Shown: piece by piece, positions 13,608 through 26,700 of the stretch
Layout: each line of letters opens with the position of its first letter
Numbering within the stretch: position 1 is the stretch's first letter
DNA from: Octopus sinensis
Taxonomy: Eukaryota
Direction: 5' to 3'
DNA length: 64,000 nucleotides
Assembly: GCF_006345805.1 (NCBI RefSeq)
Contig: NC_043006.1
Span: 57,040,001 to 57,104,000, forward strand
Program-made: the position numbers and the translations under genes
The notes under the pieces: model-generated
What the model was told of the DNA's origin: nothing
Database searches by the model: none
What the model saw: only the letters and a program-made list of their open reading frames with translations

Positions 13608-14747
13608 CCCTTTCATTACTATATTTCTGACCAAAATACACCCCTCATGAGTTTCAATTAAATTCTAAAATAATCATGAATCTACACTTGTTTCATTAAA
13701 TAACTGTAACTTTTTTACTTATCAACATATTAATGTGATATTTGGAACATAATTAAAGAAAGGGTTCTTAATCAATTCTATTGCTTAACTTTTGTCTCAA
13801 AGTGACTTTAATTACAGGTAAATCCAGGTAAATTGAGCAAAAGGTAAAAATATTAAAATTTAAAAATGAGCAAAAGGTAAAAATATTAAAATTTTGTTTA
13901 AACATCACCATAGAAAATGAATCATCAGCTAGTATTCAAATGGGTATGCAACAAAATTTTGATAAAGAAGAATTGTGCACATCACTATATCATCAGTTGA
14001 ATTTAATGCACAACAAGTGTACCATAAAGGTGGAATAAACTGAAATATTGGAATCCACCGTAAGTTTGACCGAACTAAAGAAATCGGTCAAAAAATAATA
14101 TACAGCCCTGGTTATGGTATGGAAGTGATAAATTTCAGACCACATCGTTCCCTAGGCCATGCTGACTAACATTATTTTCCCTGTATAAAAACTAAATCCA
14201 AGCAGTACCCAGTACCCAGTATTTGCTTCACAAATTTTCCGAAATTTGAACCCCCATTTTGTGTTTGTTTACGTTCTGCGTAAGTTTGTTTCCGCATTGA
14301 TCGCTTCAAACAATAACTTCCAGACCACATCATACCCTAAGCCATGCTGACTAATATTAGTTTCCCTGTATAAAAACTAAATCCACAACAGTACCCAGTA
14401 TTTGTTTCACAAATTTTCCAATTCGGAATCAATGCTTGATAACATGAAACTCCTATCTATTTTCAAAGTTGAAGAAAAATCGATGCCGAAAAAAATGTGG
14501 AAAAAAATCTCCCAAAATTCAGGGAATTAAAATTACACGTCGATCTTTGTACAAAACTGTAGATGAACTGTTTACGAAGCATAATCATGTGTTTTCACAA
14601 ATGCACTAAAGAGATTTGCTCTGATATTCTCATTTAAATATGAATAGGTAACATTAACCAAGCATTAAGTTTGGTCACATTAACCTATGAATAGGTAATA
14701 ACCTAAATTTTTTTCGGGCAGCTTTGGGCGGTTTGGTAACAAAAGGG
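13608..14747. mobile_element. Non-autonomous piggyBac-type element with TTAA target-site duplication
   Basis: ttaa|ccctttcattac ... gtaacaaaaggg|ttaa. Contains an internal duplication of about 100 bp at 185-bp spacing (about 14136 and 14321). No transposase ORF. Confidence 0.75.
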
Positions 14748-15380
14748 TTAAGTAGCATAGTATTGCTGTGTGGTAAGCTGGTAATAGGAGATATATATAA
14801 CACTCTTATTACTATAGTGAAAAAAACTCACTCAAACTTAATTTTAAGCATACTCAGTCAAGCAGGTAAAAAAAAAAAAGAAACTGAAAAGTAGGCAGAG
14901 TTTTCATTGCTTAATAAATATTTTTACTATAGTGATAGGATTGTCAAATATATTACCTCTTCTCAGCTTACCCCACAGAACAATACTGTGCTACTTAACA
15001 AAAGACGAAAAATTGTTAGAGCAGGTGGCAATTTCAAAGAAAAAAGTGACATATGAAAGAGAATTAAAATAAGGACAAACAGAAGAAAGGAACAGGTAGA
15101 GAGTAGAAAAAGAGAAAAAGTTAAGGAAAAAAGAAAATGGAAGCAGAAAAGGTCAAAATGAAATTGAAGAGAAAAGTAAGGAAAAAGATATAAGTGGAAA
15201 AAAAAAGAAGAAAATTTAAAAGAAATCTAGGGAAAAAAGAAACTAGCATCTTATATGAAATAATTTAGGTACAAAATACATCTTGTTCCAAATGTATTAA
15301 AATCATTTAATTTCTACTTAATATGGAGAAGAAAATTACAAGGGACATTTATAATGTAAAAAAATACAAAAGTTGCTTAC

Positions 15381-15429
15381 CTGTAGATATTTATGAAGGT
15401 TGTAGGAAAGGTAATACCAATGAAACCCA
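15381..15429 (-). CDS. SELENOI: EPT1/SELENOI-like micro-exon (49 bp)
   Basis: Acceptor ttttctag, donor gtaagc. Translates (M)GFIGITFPTTFINIY(R). Phase 1 in, phase 2 out, joining the next exon as IYR-SYKNK (vertebrate LNFFRSYKNN from recall). Confidence 0.9.
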
Positions 15430-15716
15430 CTAGAAAACAATGAATACAAATTAATTTACAGTATCAAAAATGTTTTGCAATTCTTTTACATTTACTGCAT
15501 GAGGGAGAATGGGTGTACATTCAAAGAGCCAAATTATGACTATTAGATAATTGTCATCCTTATCATTTATCCTTTAGCATTTAAACTGACCTTATCCAGC
15601 CAAAATATTTTGTTTTATTTTCAAACTGGCTAACTCTAGCCTTTCACACTTACCCCTACACTATTGCTCCAAAAACAAACTATCATATCATTGAAATCTC
15701 AAAATTACAAGATAAT

Positions 15717-15925
15717 CTTTTCTGCACAAGGCACAAAATTTTTGGGGAGGGGGGTCAGTCGATTAGATTGACCCCAGTATGCAACTAGTACTTAATTTAT
15801 TGGACCCAAAAGGATGAAAGGCAAAGTTGACCTTGGCGGAATTTGAACTCAGAATGTAAAGACAGACAAAATACTGCTAAGCATTTCGCCCAGTGTGCTA
15901 ATGTTTCTGCCAACTCACTGCTTTC
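15717..15925 (-). mobile_element. tRNA-related SINE (family C, Deu/Nin-like core), nested
   Basis: The minus-strand core aggtcaactttgcctttcatccttttgggtccaataaattaagtactagt resembles Deu/Nin-domain SINEs (recall). Flanked by the TSD ttacaagataat at 15705-15716 and 15930-15941. Related decayed copies lie at about 19487-19670 and 61070-61200. Confidence 0.7.
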
Positions 15926-15993
15926 AAAGTTACAAGATAATGCATGACCAATTCAAATTAACGTAAATATATAAGCATTACATTTGACAAAAA

Positions 15994-16298
15994 GGCACAT
16001 GACTCAACAGTTAGAGCATTGGGCTCACAATCATGAGGTAGTCAGTTCGATTCCCAATGTTGTGTTCTTGAGCAAGACACTTTATTTCATGTTGTTCCAG
16101 TTCACTCAGCTGTATAAATGAGCTGCTGTATCAGCCTTTGCCTTTCCCTTGGATAACATCAGTGGCATGGAAAGGGGAGACAGGTATGCATAGACAACGC
16201 TGGTCTTCCATAGACAATCTTGCCCGGACTTGTATCTCAGAACATAATTTTCTAGGTGTAATCCCATAGTCATTCATGACTGAAGGCAGTCTTTACCC
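15994..16298 (+). mobile_element. tRNA-derived SINE (family B), nested
   Basis: Head with B box (agttcgattccc), then tgtgttcttgagcaagacacttta. TSD ttacattt(g/c)aca at 15978-15989 and 16299-16310. Same family as 20592-20917. Confidence 0.8.
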
Positions 16299-16949
16299 TT
16301 ACATTTCACAGAGAAAACTGAATGCTAAAAGGTTAATGTCCTTTTTCTATGCTGGCTTGGGTTGCATAATTAGACAGGATCCAGAAAAGTTGCAGGACTA
16401 CACTGGGCTGCAATATCTGTTTTGACATAGTTTCAAACAGCCTGATGACTTTTCTTTGATACCACTTTACAATGTATATGGGGTGCTTTTTGCATACCAC
16501 CAGCACTAGTAGTAGCCAAGTATCTTGCAACAGAGGAAAAATAAAATCTCAACAAATGTGCAGGGGAAGGTATTAGAGAGAGAGAAAGAGAGAGAGAGGT
16601 GGCTTTATGCCAGGCAGTGAGAGGCTAAAGTATAAGAGAGAGAAAGACAAGCACAGGTGACTTGGTATAGAGGAGTTTCATGGCTATCCCACATTATATA
16701 AGAGTGGGTGAGAGTAGCTGGGAAAAAGATAAAGATGGGGGTGTCAAAGTAAACAATGTACAAGAAGGTGAGCATAAGAGTGGACACAACCAAAGAGACA
16801 AAAATTCATATATCACTACTACCACCACCACCACCACCACCACCACCAAGCATCAAGAAAGAAATGCTGCTGCTTCACCCAGCAGACCAAGACTGAGACC
16901 AAGGAAATTTGAGGTAGTCCACATCACCAAAACTCATTTCATAAATGTG

Positions 16950-17172
16950 GCTTAGTTGATGGTTTTTAAGTGGAAACAGACAATGACTTAATTGCTGATT
17001 TACAGTTGGAACATATGAGTTAGCTGCTGTTTTACAGAGGAAACAGAAGATTTAGGTGATAGCTTACAGTGGGAAAAGATGATTTAGTTAATGGTTTACA
17101 GTGGGAACAGGTGGGTTAAGTGATGGCTTACAATGGAAACAAGTGATCTAGTTGATGATTTGCAGTGCTGAC
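16950..17172. repeat. Degenerate minisatellite of about 32 bp, about 7 copies
   Basis: Approximate consensus ttagttgatggtttacagtggaaacagatga, repeated head to tail. Confidence 0.75.
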
Positions 17173-17271
17173 ATTGAATAGTTTCATAAGCAAATGATTA
17201 GACTAGTGCAGAAATACTGGAAAGTAGAGAAACACTGCAGATTCAGACCACCCTACAAGCTGACAGAATTA

Positions 17272-18452
17272 TTGGGTTGGCCAAAAAAATCTGTTCAGTT
17301 TTTATGGAAACTAAACTAGAAGCACTCTAATAAGTAGCTAACTTCAGTCTGTCTCTTGTACATGCACACTCATTAGAAACTTGATAATTCAGCGTATTTC
17401 AACATAAACGTGTGAAGAGACAGATTGCATTTTGTGTGCTTGGAATCACACTGAAAATGGAGAACCAAAACAAACACTGTCAATAACTTGTGCTTTTATA
17501 TTTAAAAAAAAAGGTAAGAAAGCAGTGGAAACCTGCAGGAAGATATGCACTGGGTATGGAGGGAATACTGATATACAATGTGTGCCAGAAGTGATTTCCG
17601 AGATTTCAATAGCGAAATTTATCTGTTCAGATGCACCTTGCTCTGGCTGCCCAACTGAGATTAACAGCAATACCAACCCACCTCCCATTATGACCAGGAT
17701 AATCACAGATATTCCCCAAATATTCGAATCAAGTGTTGAAAACCAACTGCATCAACCTTATGTCAACAAGCTTGATGTTAGGGCCCACATCAACTGAATG
17801 AGGCAGGTAACTCCACCAAAAAGATTTTCATCAGCAATTTGTTGCAGAAACGTGAAGAAAGTACTTTGCAATCCACCACAAACAACCTGCAAAGCAGGAT
17901 TTCACCCAAAGAAGGTTATGCTTTCAATTTCGTCAGACTGAAAGGGTGTTGTCTTTTATGAACTTCTTCCAATAGACAAGAGCATCAATTCGATGTGTGC
18001 TGTGACCAGCTGGACAAAACAAATGTAGCAATCTACCAGAAGCATCCAGCATTTGTTGACTGTAAAGCACTGTCTTTCATCATAACAATGCTAGACAACA
18101 CACTTCTTTGCAAATGTGGCAGACATTACTGAAGCTTGGCTGGAAAATTTCATGACACCTTCGATATTCATCTGACTTTGTATCATCAAATTTCCATCTA
18201 TTTCATTCTCTTCAAAATTCATTCAGTGGACAAACCTTCCATTCTGAAGAGGATATTGAAATTCACCTTGAAGAGTTTTTACCAATAAAGACAGGAAATT
18301 CTTTGACCAGGGAAAAATACATCTGCCCACAAGATGGCAGAAGATACTGGAATGAAACAGTAATTGTACCACTGACTAAATAATTCACTTTGCATTTAAA
18401 ACTGGTGTCTTTATTTTCACTTAAAAAAAAAGTTTCTTTTTACCCAACCAAA
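17272..18452 (+). mobile_element. Decayed mariner transposon, near full length
   Basis: TA|ttgggttggccaaaa ... ttttacccaaccaaa|TA. Broken transposase motifs include HPKKVMLS, KGVVFYELLP, HNNARQH and LPTRWQK. Confidence 0.85.
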
Positions 18453-19189
18453 TAAAAAATACAGTGCAAAATTTCTGAAGATGCTGAATAAATGACAAAA
18501 TTGTTAGATTATAAACTATATCAGGCATTAAATTATAATTTTGCACGTAACAGCCTATTTTTTCATTTAATGAAATTTAGAAGGTAACACACATGCACAT
18601 ACACATGTAAATAAAATAAAGAAAACATTTTATAAAAATTCCAACCAATATCTCAGTAAATACCTAAATTTGCAAAACAATTTGAGTCTTGTAATGACGT
18701 GAGAAAATGAAAGTATGAGTATTAAGAATGTTTTCTGTCATTGGAGAGAAAGAGAGAGGAATCATAAGAATGTGTGAACAGCACTAAATGTAAACAAGCC
18801 TAGATACAAATTACCCTTTATCAGGAAGAACTTTAGATGCCACAGATATTACGTCATTTACTAACATGTCTTATAATATTTACCAAAAACTGTACACTCG
18901 TCTCATAACAAAAGCACTAACCCAACCTGCCAGAGACTACCCAATACTCATGTATTCATATTAGAATTAAAATCTCAATCAAAACTGGATCAAACCAAAA
19001 TGATGTATTGGATTTCAGTAGGTTAAGACCGGAATAATATTACAATATATATGTGACTGGTATTTTACAAACTACTGCAAAATAATTTATTATCAGGTAA
19101 ATTAATTAAAAAAATATAGGCAGTCTAATGAAAGACAGACACAAAAGGTTGAACAAAATATAGGATGAAAAAAATAGTTTACAACTTAC

Positions 19190-19301
19190 TATGTACAATT
19201 ATTTCAACCATTACAGATGCTGGAATATTAAGGACTGGTACTATAAATTTCCACATTTCATAGCCACCAAAATATGTTACTAAATAAAACACTGTCATTG
19301 C
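19190..19301 (-). CDS. SELENOI: EPT1/SELENOI-like exon (112 bp)
   Basis: Not in the ORF track. Acceptor tttaattccag, donor gtaagt. Translates AMTVFYLVTYFGGYEMWKFIVPVLNIPASVMVEIIVH(M), a hydrophobic segment resembling the region after WGYDISQ in EPT1. Phase 0 in, phase 1 out, matching both neighbouring exons. Confidence 0.9.
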
Positions 19302-19439
19302 CTGGAATTAAATAGAAACATAATAATAATAATAATAATAATAAATAATTTATTTCTTTATTGCCCACAAGGGGCTAAACATAGGGGGGACAAACAAGGA
19401 CAGACAACGGGATTGAGTCGATTACATCGACCCCAGTGC

Positions 19440-19486
<47 letters not shown>

Positions 19487-20217
19487 CCTTTCTACTGAAG
19501 GCACAAGGCCTTGAAATTTTGGGGGAGGGGACTACTTGATTACATCAACCCCAGTTTTTCACAGGTACTTAAAGGATGAAAAGCAACCTCAGTGGAATTT
19601 GAACTCAGAATGTAAAAACAGATGAAATGCCCCTAAGCATTATGCCCAGAGTGCTAACGATTCTGCCAGTTATATTATCAGTACACTCAAATTATTGCAA
19701 GATATAATCTGTAAGTTAAGATTTTACAATATTCTACTATAGATGATGGTAGACATAAACCACTGTTACTAAATTCATGGTAGTGTGGTTAATAAGTTCA
19801 CTTTGCAACCACATGGTTTCAACAATTTGTGAATTTTCTGTAGCCCTGGGCCAACAATTATCATGTGAAAGTATATCAACTAACGAGACAGTTGATTGTG
19901 TGTGTATTGCGAGCTACTGCTATGTTAAGAGGACAAGCGTCCATCACCAAGTATGACCATAAAGAGGTCGAAACAATAAAGATTGGTGGCCTCGGAGCTA
20001 AAGTAGTAGGGAGTTCTCTCCCCACTTGCAATATAGAGTGCAGAGCGAACTACATAACAAGCTGGAGGAGGTGACCTCCTGAGTTTAAAATAGCAGCATC
20101 ATTGGTTTCTAATATACACCTGAGTTTAGGTTGCATCAAACACTACTTCTCAATATAAATAATGCTTTCATCTCTTACAGAGATTTTCTTGACTAGCTAG
20201 TTTATTTGCATCTTTGT

Positions 20218-20571
20218 TCTTTTACTTGTTTCAGTCAGTAGACTACAACCATGCTGGAGCACCACCTTGAAAAATTTTAGTTAAACATCAACTCCAGTAC
20301 TGATTTATTTATTTTAGTAAAGCTTGGTACTCACTCTCTTTTGCCAAACCACAAAGTTATAGGGTCATAAACACATCAACACTGTTTGTCAAGCGATGGT
20401 GGGACATACACACACACACACACATATATATATATGAAGAGAGAGAGAGATACATGGGCTTCTTTTATTTTCTGCCTACCAAATCCATCCACAAGGCTTT
20501 GTTCAGCCTGAGGCTATGGTAGAGGACACTTGCCCAAGGTGACATGCAGTGGAACTACACCCGAAACCATG
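20218..20571 (-). mobile_element. SINE family A, 5'-truncated and decayed
   Basis: Tail ttttacttgtttcagtca..accatgctggagcacc and core gaggacacttgcccaagg. Confidence 0.7.
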
Positions 20572-20591
20572 ATGTATGTATATATATATAT

Positions 20592-20917
20592 TCGGAGACC
20601 CCCTTCGGTCACGACACAAACCATGGGATTGCACCTAGAAAGACACAAGTCCGAGCGAGGTTGTTTATGGAAGACCAGCAGTCGCCCATGCATACCAGCC
20701 TCCCCTCTCCACGCCACCAGGGTTATCCAAGGGAAAGACAAAGGACAATACAGCTTGGCACCTGTGACGTCGCAACTCATTTCTACAGCTGAGTGAACTG
20801 GAGCAACATGAAATAAAGTGCCTTGCTCAAGAACATAACACGCAGCCCGGTCAGGGATTCGAGCTCACAACCTCACGATCGTAAGCTCGACGCTCTAACC
20901 ACTGAGCCATGCGCCTT
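20592..20917 (-). mobile_element. tRNA-derived SINE (family B), young full-length copy
   Basis: The minus strand begins ggcgcatggctcagtggttagagcgtcgagcttacgatcgtgaggttgtgagctcgaatccc (A and B boxes). It is CpG-rich and sits between TA tracts. Confidence 0.85.
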
Positions 20918-20962
<45 letters not shown>

Positions 20963-20965
20963 ATG

Positions 20966-21136
20966 GCACGTAAAAAGCACCCACTACACTCGCGGAGTGG
21001 TTGGCGTTAGGAAGGGCATCCAGCCGTAGAAACTCTGCCAGATCAGACTGGAGCCTGGAGCAGCCCCTGGCTTCCCACACTCTGGTCGAACCGTCCAACC
21101 CGTGCTGGCTCGGAAAACGGACGTTAAACGATGATG
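20966..21136 (+). mobile_element. RTE 3'-end-only copy
   Basis: ggcacgtaaaaagcacccactacac...gtggttggcgttaggaagggcatccagc...cggacgttaaacgatgatgat, the same tail as the RTE at 55423-58600. Confidence 0.8.
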
Positions 21137-21214
21137 ATATATGTGTATGTATACATATATATGTATATTTATATACGTATATATATATATGTATACGTAT
21201 ATATGTATACGTAT

Positions 21215-22630
21215 GCAAGTGAAAATCAAACCAAATCAAAATAGATGAACATCAATGGAATTTGTATCTTTGTGGTTCCAGTACCGGTGGCACACAAGAA
21301 GACCATCCGATCGTGGCCGTTCGCCAGCCTCATCTGGCACCTGTGTCGGTGGCACATAACACCATCCGAAGACCTGGCGACGTAGTCAGTCCACCTGTGC
21401 ATACCTTCCTACTTATGACACTTGTGAAGACCTGTTGAGGCAAGTGTGTGACACTTGTGTAGACCTGTTGAGGCAAGTGAAAATCAAAAAAAAAATCAAA
21501 ATCAAATCAAATCAAATCAAACCAAATCAAAATAGATGAACATCAATGGAATTTGTATCTTTGTGGTACCAGTACCGGTGGCACACAAGAAAACCATCCG
21601 AACGTGGCCGTAGCCAGTACCGCATCGACTGGCCTCTGTGATGTGGGCACATAACAAACACCATCCGATCGTGGCCGTCCGCCAGCCTCATCTGGCACCT
21701 GTGTCGGTGGCACATAAAAACACCAACCGAAGACCCGGCAAGACTAGTCAGGCCATAACCCGTGGCCCCTACTTGGGACGTAGTCAGTCCACCTGTGCAT
21801 ACCTTCCTTCCTTCCTGTGACACTTGTGAAGACCTGTGAAGACCTGTTGAGGCAAGTGAAAATCAAATCAAATCAAATCAAAATAGATGAACATCAATGG
21901 AATTTGTATCTTTGTGGTACCAGTGCCGGTGGCACACAAGAAAACCATCCGAACGTGGCCGTAGCCAGTACCGCATCGACTGGCCTCCGTGCTGTGGGCA
22001 CGCAACAAACACCATCCGATCGTGGCCGTTCGCCAGCCTCATCCGGCACCTGTGTCGGTGGCACATAAAAACACCATCCGAAGACCCGGCAAGACTAGTC
22101 AGGCCATAACCCGTGGCCCCTACCTGGGACGTAGTCAGTCCACCTGTGCATACCTTCCTTCTTGTGACACTTGTGAAGACCTGTTGAGGCAAGTGAAAAT
22201 CAAATCAAATCAAAATAGATGAACATCAATGGAATTTGTATCTTTGTGGTACCAGTGCCGGTGGCACACAAGAAAATCATCCGAACGTGGCCGTAGCCAG
22301 TACCGCATAGACTGGCCTCCGTGCTTTGGGGACGTAACAAACACCATCCGATCGTGGCCGTCCGCCAGCCTCATCTGGCACCTGTGTCGGTGGCACATAA
22401 AAACACCATCCGAGCGTGGCCGTTCGCCAGCCTCGTCTGGCACCTGTGTCGGTGGCACATAAAATCACCCACTACACTCTCGGAGTGGTTGGCGTTAGGA
22501 AGGGCATCCAGCTGTAGAAACACTGCCAGATCTGACTGGCCTGGTGCAGCCTTCGGGCTCCCCAGACCCCAGTTGAACCGTCCAACCCATGCTAGCATGG
22601 AAAACGGACGCTAAATGATGATGATGATGA
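21215..22630 (+). mobile_element. RTE 3'UTR-only insertion with an array of about 335-bp tandem units
   Basis: About four units begin with (aaatc)n at roughly 21220, 21480, 21858 and 22195. The array ends in the RTE tail and (gat)n. Confidence 0.85.
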
Positions 22631-22984
22631 TATATGTATACATATATATATATATATGTATACGTATATATGTATATATATATATGTATACGTATATATG
22701 TATATATATATATGTATACATATATATGTATACATATATATGTATACATATATATGTATATATGTATATATATATATATATATATGCATACATATATATG
22801 TATATATATTATATATATAATATATGCATACATATATGTATATATATAATATATATATGCATACATATATATGTATATATATATATATATATATGCATAC
22901 ATATATATGTATATATATATATATATATATGCATACATATATATGTATATATATATATGTATACATATATATGTATATATATAT

Positions 22985-23410
22985 AGGTAAACAGTAAAAA
23001 TAATTACAGACATGGACAAGAACATGAAACACCACAGAGACGACACAAGAACCACAGGACGGGACATTCGAAGCCCTCAGTCATCAGTCAAGAACCAGAT
23101 CATCTTAGCAATTTCTGGCTGATTAATCTTGAGATTGCTCCGATTTGGGCAGCCCGCCAAGGGAAATCTAAGCCAAGCGCATTAGATCCCCTGGAAGAAA
23201 GCTTCGAATGTATACAACACGAGGACGGAAAACGAACGAAGTACACGAACAAAAATACAGAATACGTGACACCAATAAGAATACAAAAACGTAAAAACAA
23301 TAACGGTAAAAATAAAAAACAAAACAAAACCAGGACGTAGGACAAGGGTCTTTCGACAGGACGAGTTGAGTTTAGGGCTGGCTTATGAAGTTGTGCCTAA
23401 TGGCCGCAGG
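22985..23410 (-). mobile_element. Short non-coding repeat between TA tracts, possibly a Penelope-like terminal repeat
   Basis: CpG-containing non-coding unit bounded by TA microsatellites, with a broken hammerhead-like string on the minus strand near 23060-23090. The family assignment is inference. Confidence 0.35.
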
Positions 23411-23600
23411 GAGACATATATATATGTATATATATATGTATATATATATGTATATATATATGTATATATATATGTATGTTTATGTATATATATATATGTA
23501 TATATGTATATATATATATGTATATATGTATATATATGTATGTATATATATGTATATATATATATGTATGTATGTATATATATGTATATATATATGTATG

Positions 23601-23634
<34 letters not shown>

Positions 23635-23657
23635 TACGTGTATATATATATATATAC

Positions 23658-23695
<38 letters not shown>

Positions 23696-23722
23696 GTGTA
23701 TATATATATATATATGTATATA

Positions 23723-26700
23723 CAAAGCTGGAACTACCACCACATAAGGCCACCACCAACAGATGCAGGATGGCCACCACAGACACCAACACACACACCA
23801 CAAAAATATTTCTACTGAACGTAGGAGGGCTGCTGCGCAGAAACTGTAAAAGGAAAATCTCATTCCTGAGAGACCTTGTGACATGCAATCAAGCTATATG
23901 CATAGCACTCACAGAAACGCATCTTGAACCCGATATAGGTGATGCAGAAATACACATGCCGCAATATGCAGTCATACGCACAGATAGAAAAGGGAGGAGC
24001 CATGGTGGAGTTGCAATGTACATCCGAGATGATCTCACGTCCCAGGTCCTGTTGTTATATTCAAACTTAGTGTGTGAATCTCAAATTCACACATAAGACA
24101 ACTGAATATCATCATATGCACTACATATCGCCCACCAGATGCCCCAAATCACTCAGGCATGTTTGAAGACTGCCTAACAAAACTAGGAGAAGTCCTCACC
24201 AACCTTGAACAACACAACAGTGTATTCTTCATGGGTGACTTTAACTTCCCCAATGTGGAATGGCCTGGGGGGCAGATGCTCCCAGGGATGACACACCATC
24301 AGCAGGCACAGGCAGAGTCCTTGCTCCATCTCACAAATACCTCTTTCATGGAGCAAATAGTTCTGCAACCAACAAGGGCAGATAATATACTGGATCTCTG
24401 CTTCACAAACAATATGGATATTATCCATAATGTTAATGTGATGCCGACAATGATCTCGGATCACAACATAATAGAGCTGGCTATGTATGGAACAAAAGCC
24501 TCCGTAGACACACAGCCTATACAAAGCATCCACCATCTCTCTAACTTAAACTTTCATAAAGCAAACTGGAAGTTGATTGAGAAAGAGATCCTCAAACAGG
24601 ATTGGCCTAAATGTCTCTCTACACCGGACATTAACATGAAACACAAACACTTCATGTCCATAATACAAGCCATATGTGACAAATATGTCCCAGTGTGCAG
24701 GGCCAGCACACACAAAAATAAAAACAGGATCCCTAGAGAAAGGAAGATTCTTATGAGACGACGGACAAGGATTGCGAACCGCCTGAGCAAGCACACCAAA
24801 AGTGGTGAGAAGTCTCGGCTCGAGAGAATGCTAATGGAAATTGAGAAAAGTCTGCATCAGTCCCATGAAAAGGAGAGAGCAGATAAAGAAGCTTGGGTAA
24901 TAGAAAATATAAAATCAAACCCTAAAGCTTTCTTTAAGTTTGCCAAAGAGACAGCCACAGTGCACCAGGGAATAGGACCTCTCTTCAAAAAAGATGGCTC
25001 TCTCACAGGAAATCCCACGAGGATAAGTGAAATACTGAACGAACAATTCCAAAGTGTGTTCACTACACCTCTAGGACACAGGCAAGTAAACAACCCAGAA
25101 GAATTCTTTGCCACTTTACCTGCGGCCAAAGAGGCAAAAATTGAGTGCAACAACATCGAAGATGATGATATCACAATAGCCATAGATGAGATTGACACAA
25201 ACTCAGCCGCTGGACCTGATGGATTCCCAGCGATCCTTCTCAAATCGTGCAAACGAACCCTTGCAAAACTGCTACAGCTTCTTTTTCAGAGCTTTCTTGC
25301 AAGTGGTAAGCTCCCAGTCAAATTGAAAGAGGGGGTAATATGCCCTATCCATAAGGGAGGTAGCAGAACAGATGCTAAAAATTATAGGCCTATCTCTCTG
25401 ACCTCACACATCAGCAAAGTCATGGAACGAATAGTCCGTAAGAAACTAATCATGTTCCTTGAAGAAAATGACTTGCTGTCTGACACCCAGCATGGATTTT
25501 GACCAGGTAGAAGCTGCCTAACACAGCTCCTGCAACACTATGACTGGGTGTTGAAACAGCTACTAAATGGCTCAAATGTGGATGTAATATATCTCGACTT
25601 TGCAAAAGCCTTTGATAAAGTCGACCATGGTATGATCTGTCACAAACTGCGTGGTCTCGGCATAGGCAGAAAACTTGGAGAGTGGCTGCACAACTTCATA
25701 AAAGAAAGAAAACAGGCAGTTGTGAGCAATGGAGCCACCTCCAAGGAAACACAAATAACAAGCGGTGTCCCACAGGGCACTGTCTTGGGGCCACTGATGT
25801 TCATAGTGGCCCTTTCAGACATGCTTTCAGTTGCTACGATGACCACCCTTGCTAGCTATGCAGATGACACAAAAGTCTCCCACGCAATACAAAACCCTGA
25901 AAATATTGCGCATCTGCAACAGGAGTTGGACACAATATACAGGTGGGCTGAGGACAACAACATGCAGTTTAATGCAGGTAAGTTCCAGGCCCTGCGCTAC
26001 TAGCACACAAAAGTAAACGACATGCAGACTGGATACACTGGCCCAGGAAGAATTGCAATCCCTGAGTCAAAATCAGTGCGTGATCTGGGCATTGACATGA
26101 GCAATGATGCATCTTTCTAAGTGCATATTGCTAATCTGGTGATAAAATGCAGACGGCTAGCTGGATGGATTTTCCGAACTTTCAGAACAAGAGAGGAGAC
26201 ACTGATGGTCCTCTGGAAAACATTCGTCCTCAGCCGCTTGGACTACTGCTCCCAACAATGGTCACCACACAATATAAAACTAACAGCAGAACTCGAAGCA
26301 ATTCAGAGAAGCTACACAAAGAAAATCGTCTCAATGCAAAATGTCAGCTACTGGGAAAGACTGAAGGTATTAAACCTCTTCTCCCTGGAGTGGAGGCGGG
26401 AGAGATATGCGGTGATATACATCTGGAAAATCCTGGAGGGTCTGGTCCCAAACTTTGGCATTCAAAGTTACCCCAACCGCAGAACGGGGCGCCACTGCAT
26501 GGTGCCAAAGATTCCAACATCACCATCAAAATACAGGTCCAGATACTGCAACAGCTTGTGTTTCAGAGGACCACAGCTCTTTAACATCCTCCCTAAATGC
26601 CTGAGAGACTTACATGGTGTGGATGTGGGTTTCTTTAAAACTAAACTGGATCTCTTCTTGTCGGGAGTCCCAGATGAACCTAGCTCACGACAGGAGATGC

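Larger units (their letters stand above)
15571..16332. mobile_element. piggyBac-like MITE carrying two nested SINE insertions
   Basis: Ends cctttagcatt ... aatgctaaaagg|ttaa. It matches 11599-11795 once the two inserts are removed. Confidence 0.7.

Noticed and set aside
19945-19980. gacc-ataaaga-ggtc-GAAAC, a hammerhead-like half motif
   Set aside because: There is no CTGA core upstream and no stem III or cleavage triplet.
20840-20917. tRNA gene
   Set aside because: The tRNA-like head continues into a SINE body with a second copy at 15994, and the cloverleaf is imperfect.
21215-22500. CRISPR-like repeat-spacer array
   Set aside because: The context is eukaryotic with no cas genes, the spacers recur rather than being unique, and the array is contiguous with an RTE tail.
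21527-22614. Repeated 60-104 aa ORFs on both strands, also at 41707-42760 and 57716-58491
   Set aside because: These are open frames in GC-richer 3'UTR tandem repeats. Unit lengths vary by non-multiples of three and no domain is recognisable.
23055-23095. Minus-strand hammerhead (CTGATGA..GGG/CCC..GTC)
   Set aside because: The GAAA core is absent and no stem I forms. At most it is a dead relic, which would be in the sense orientation of the host pre-mRNA.
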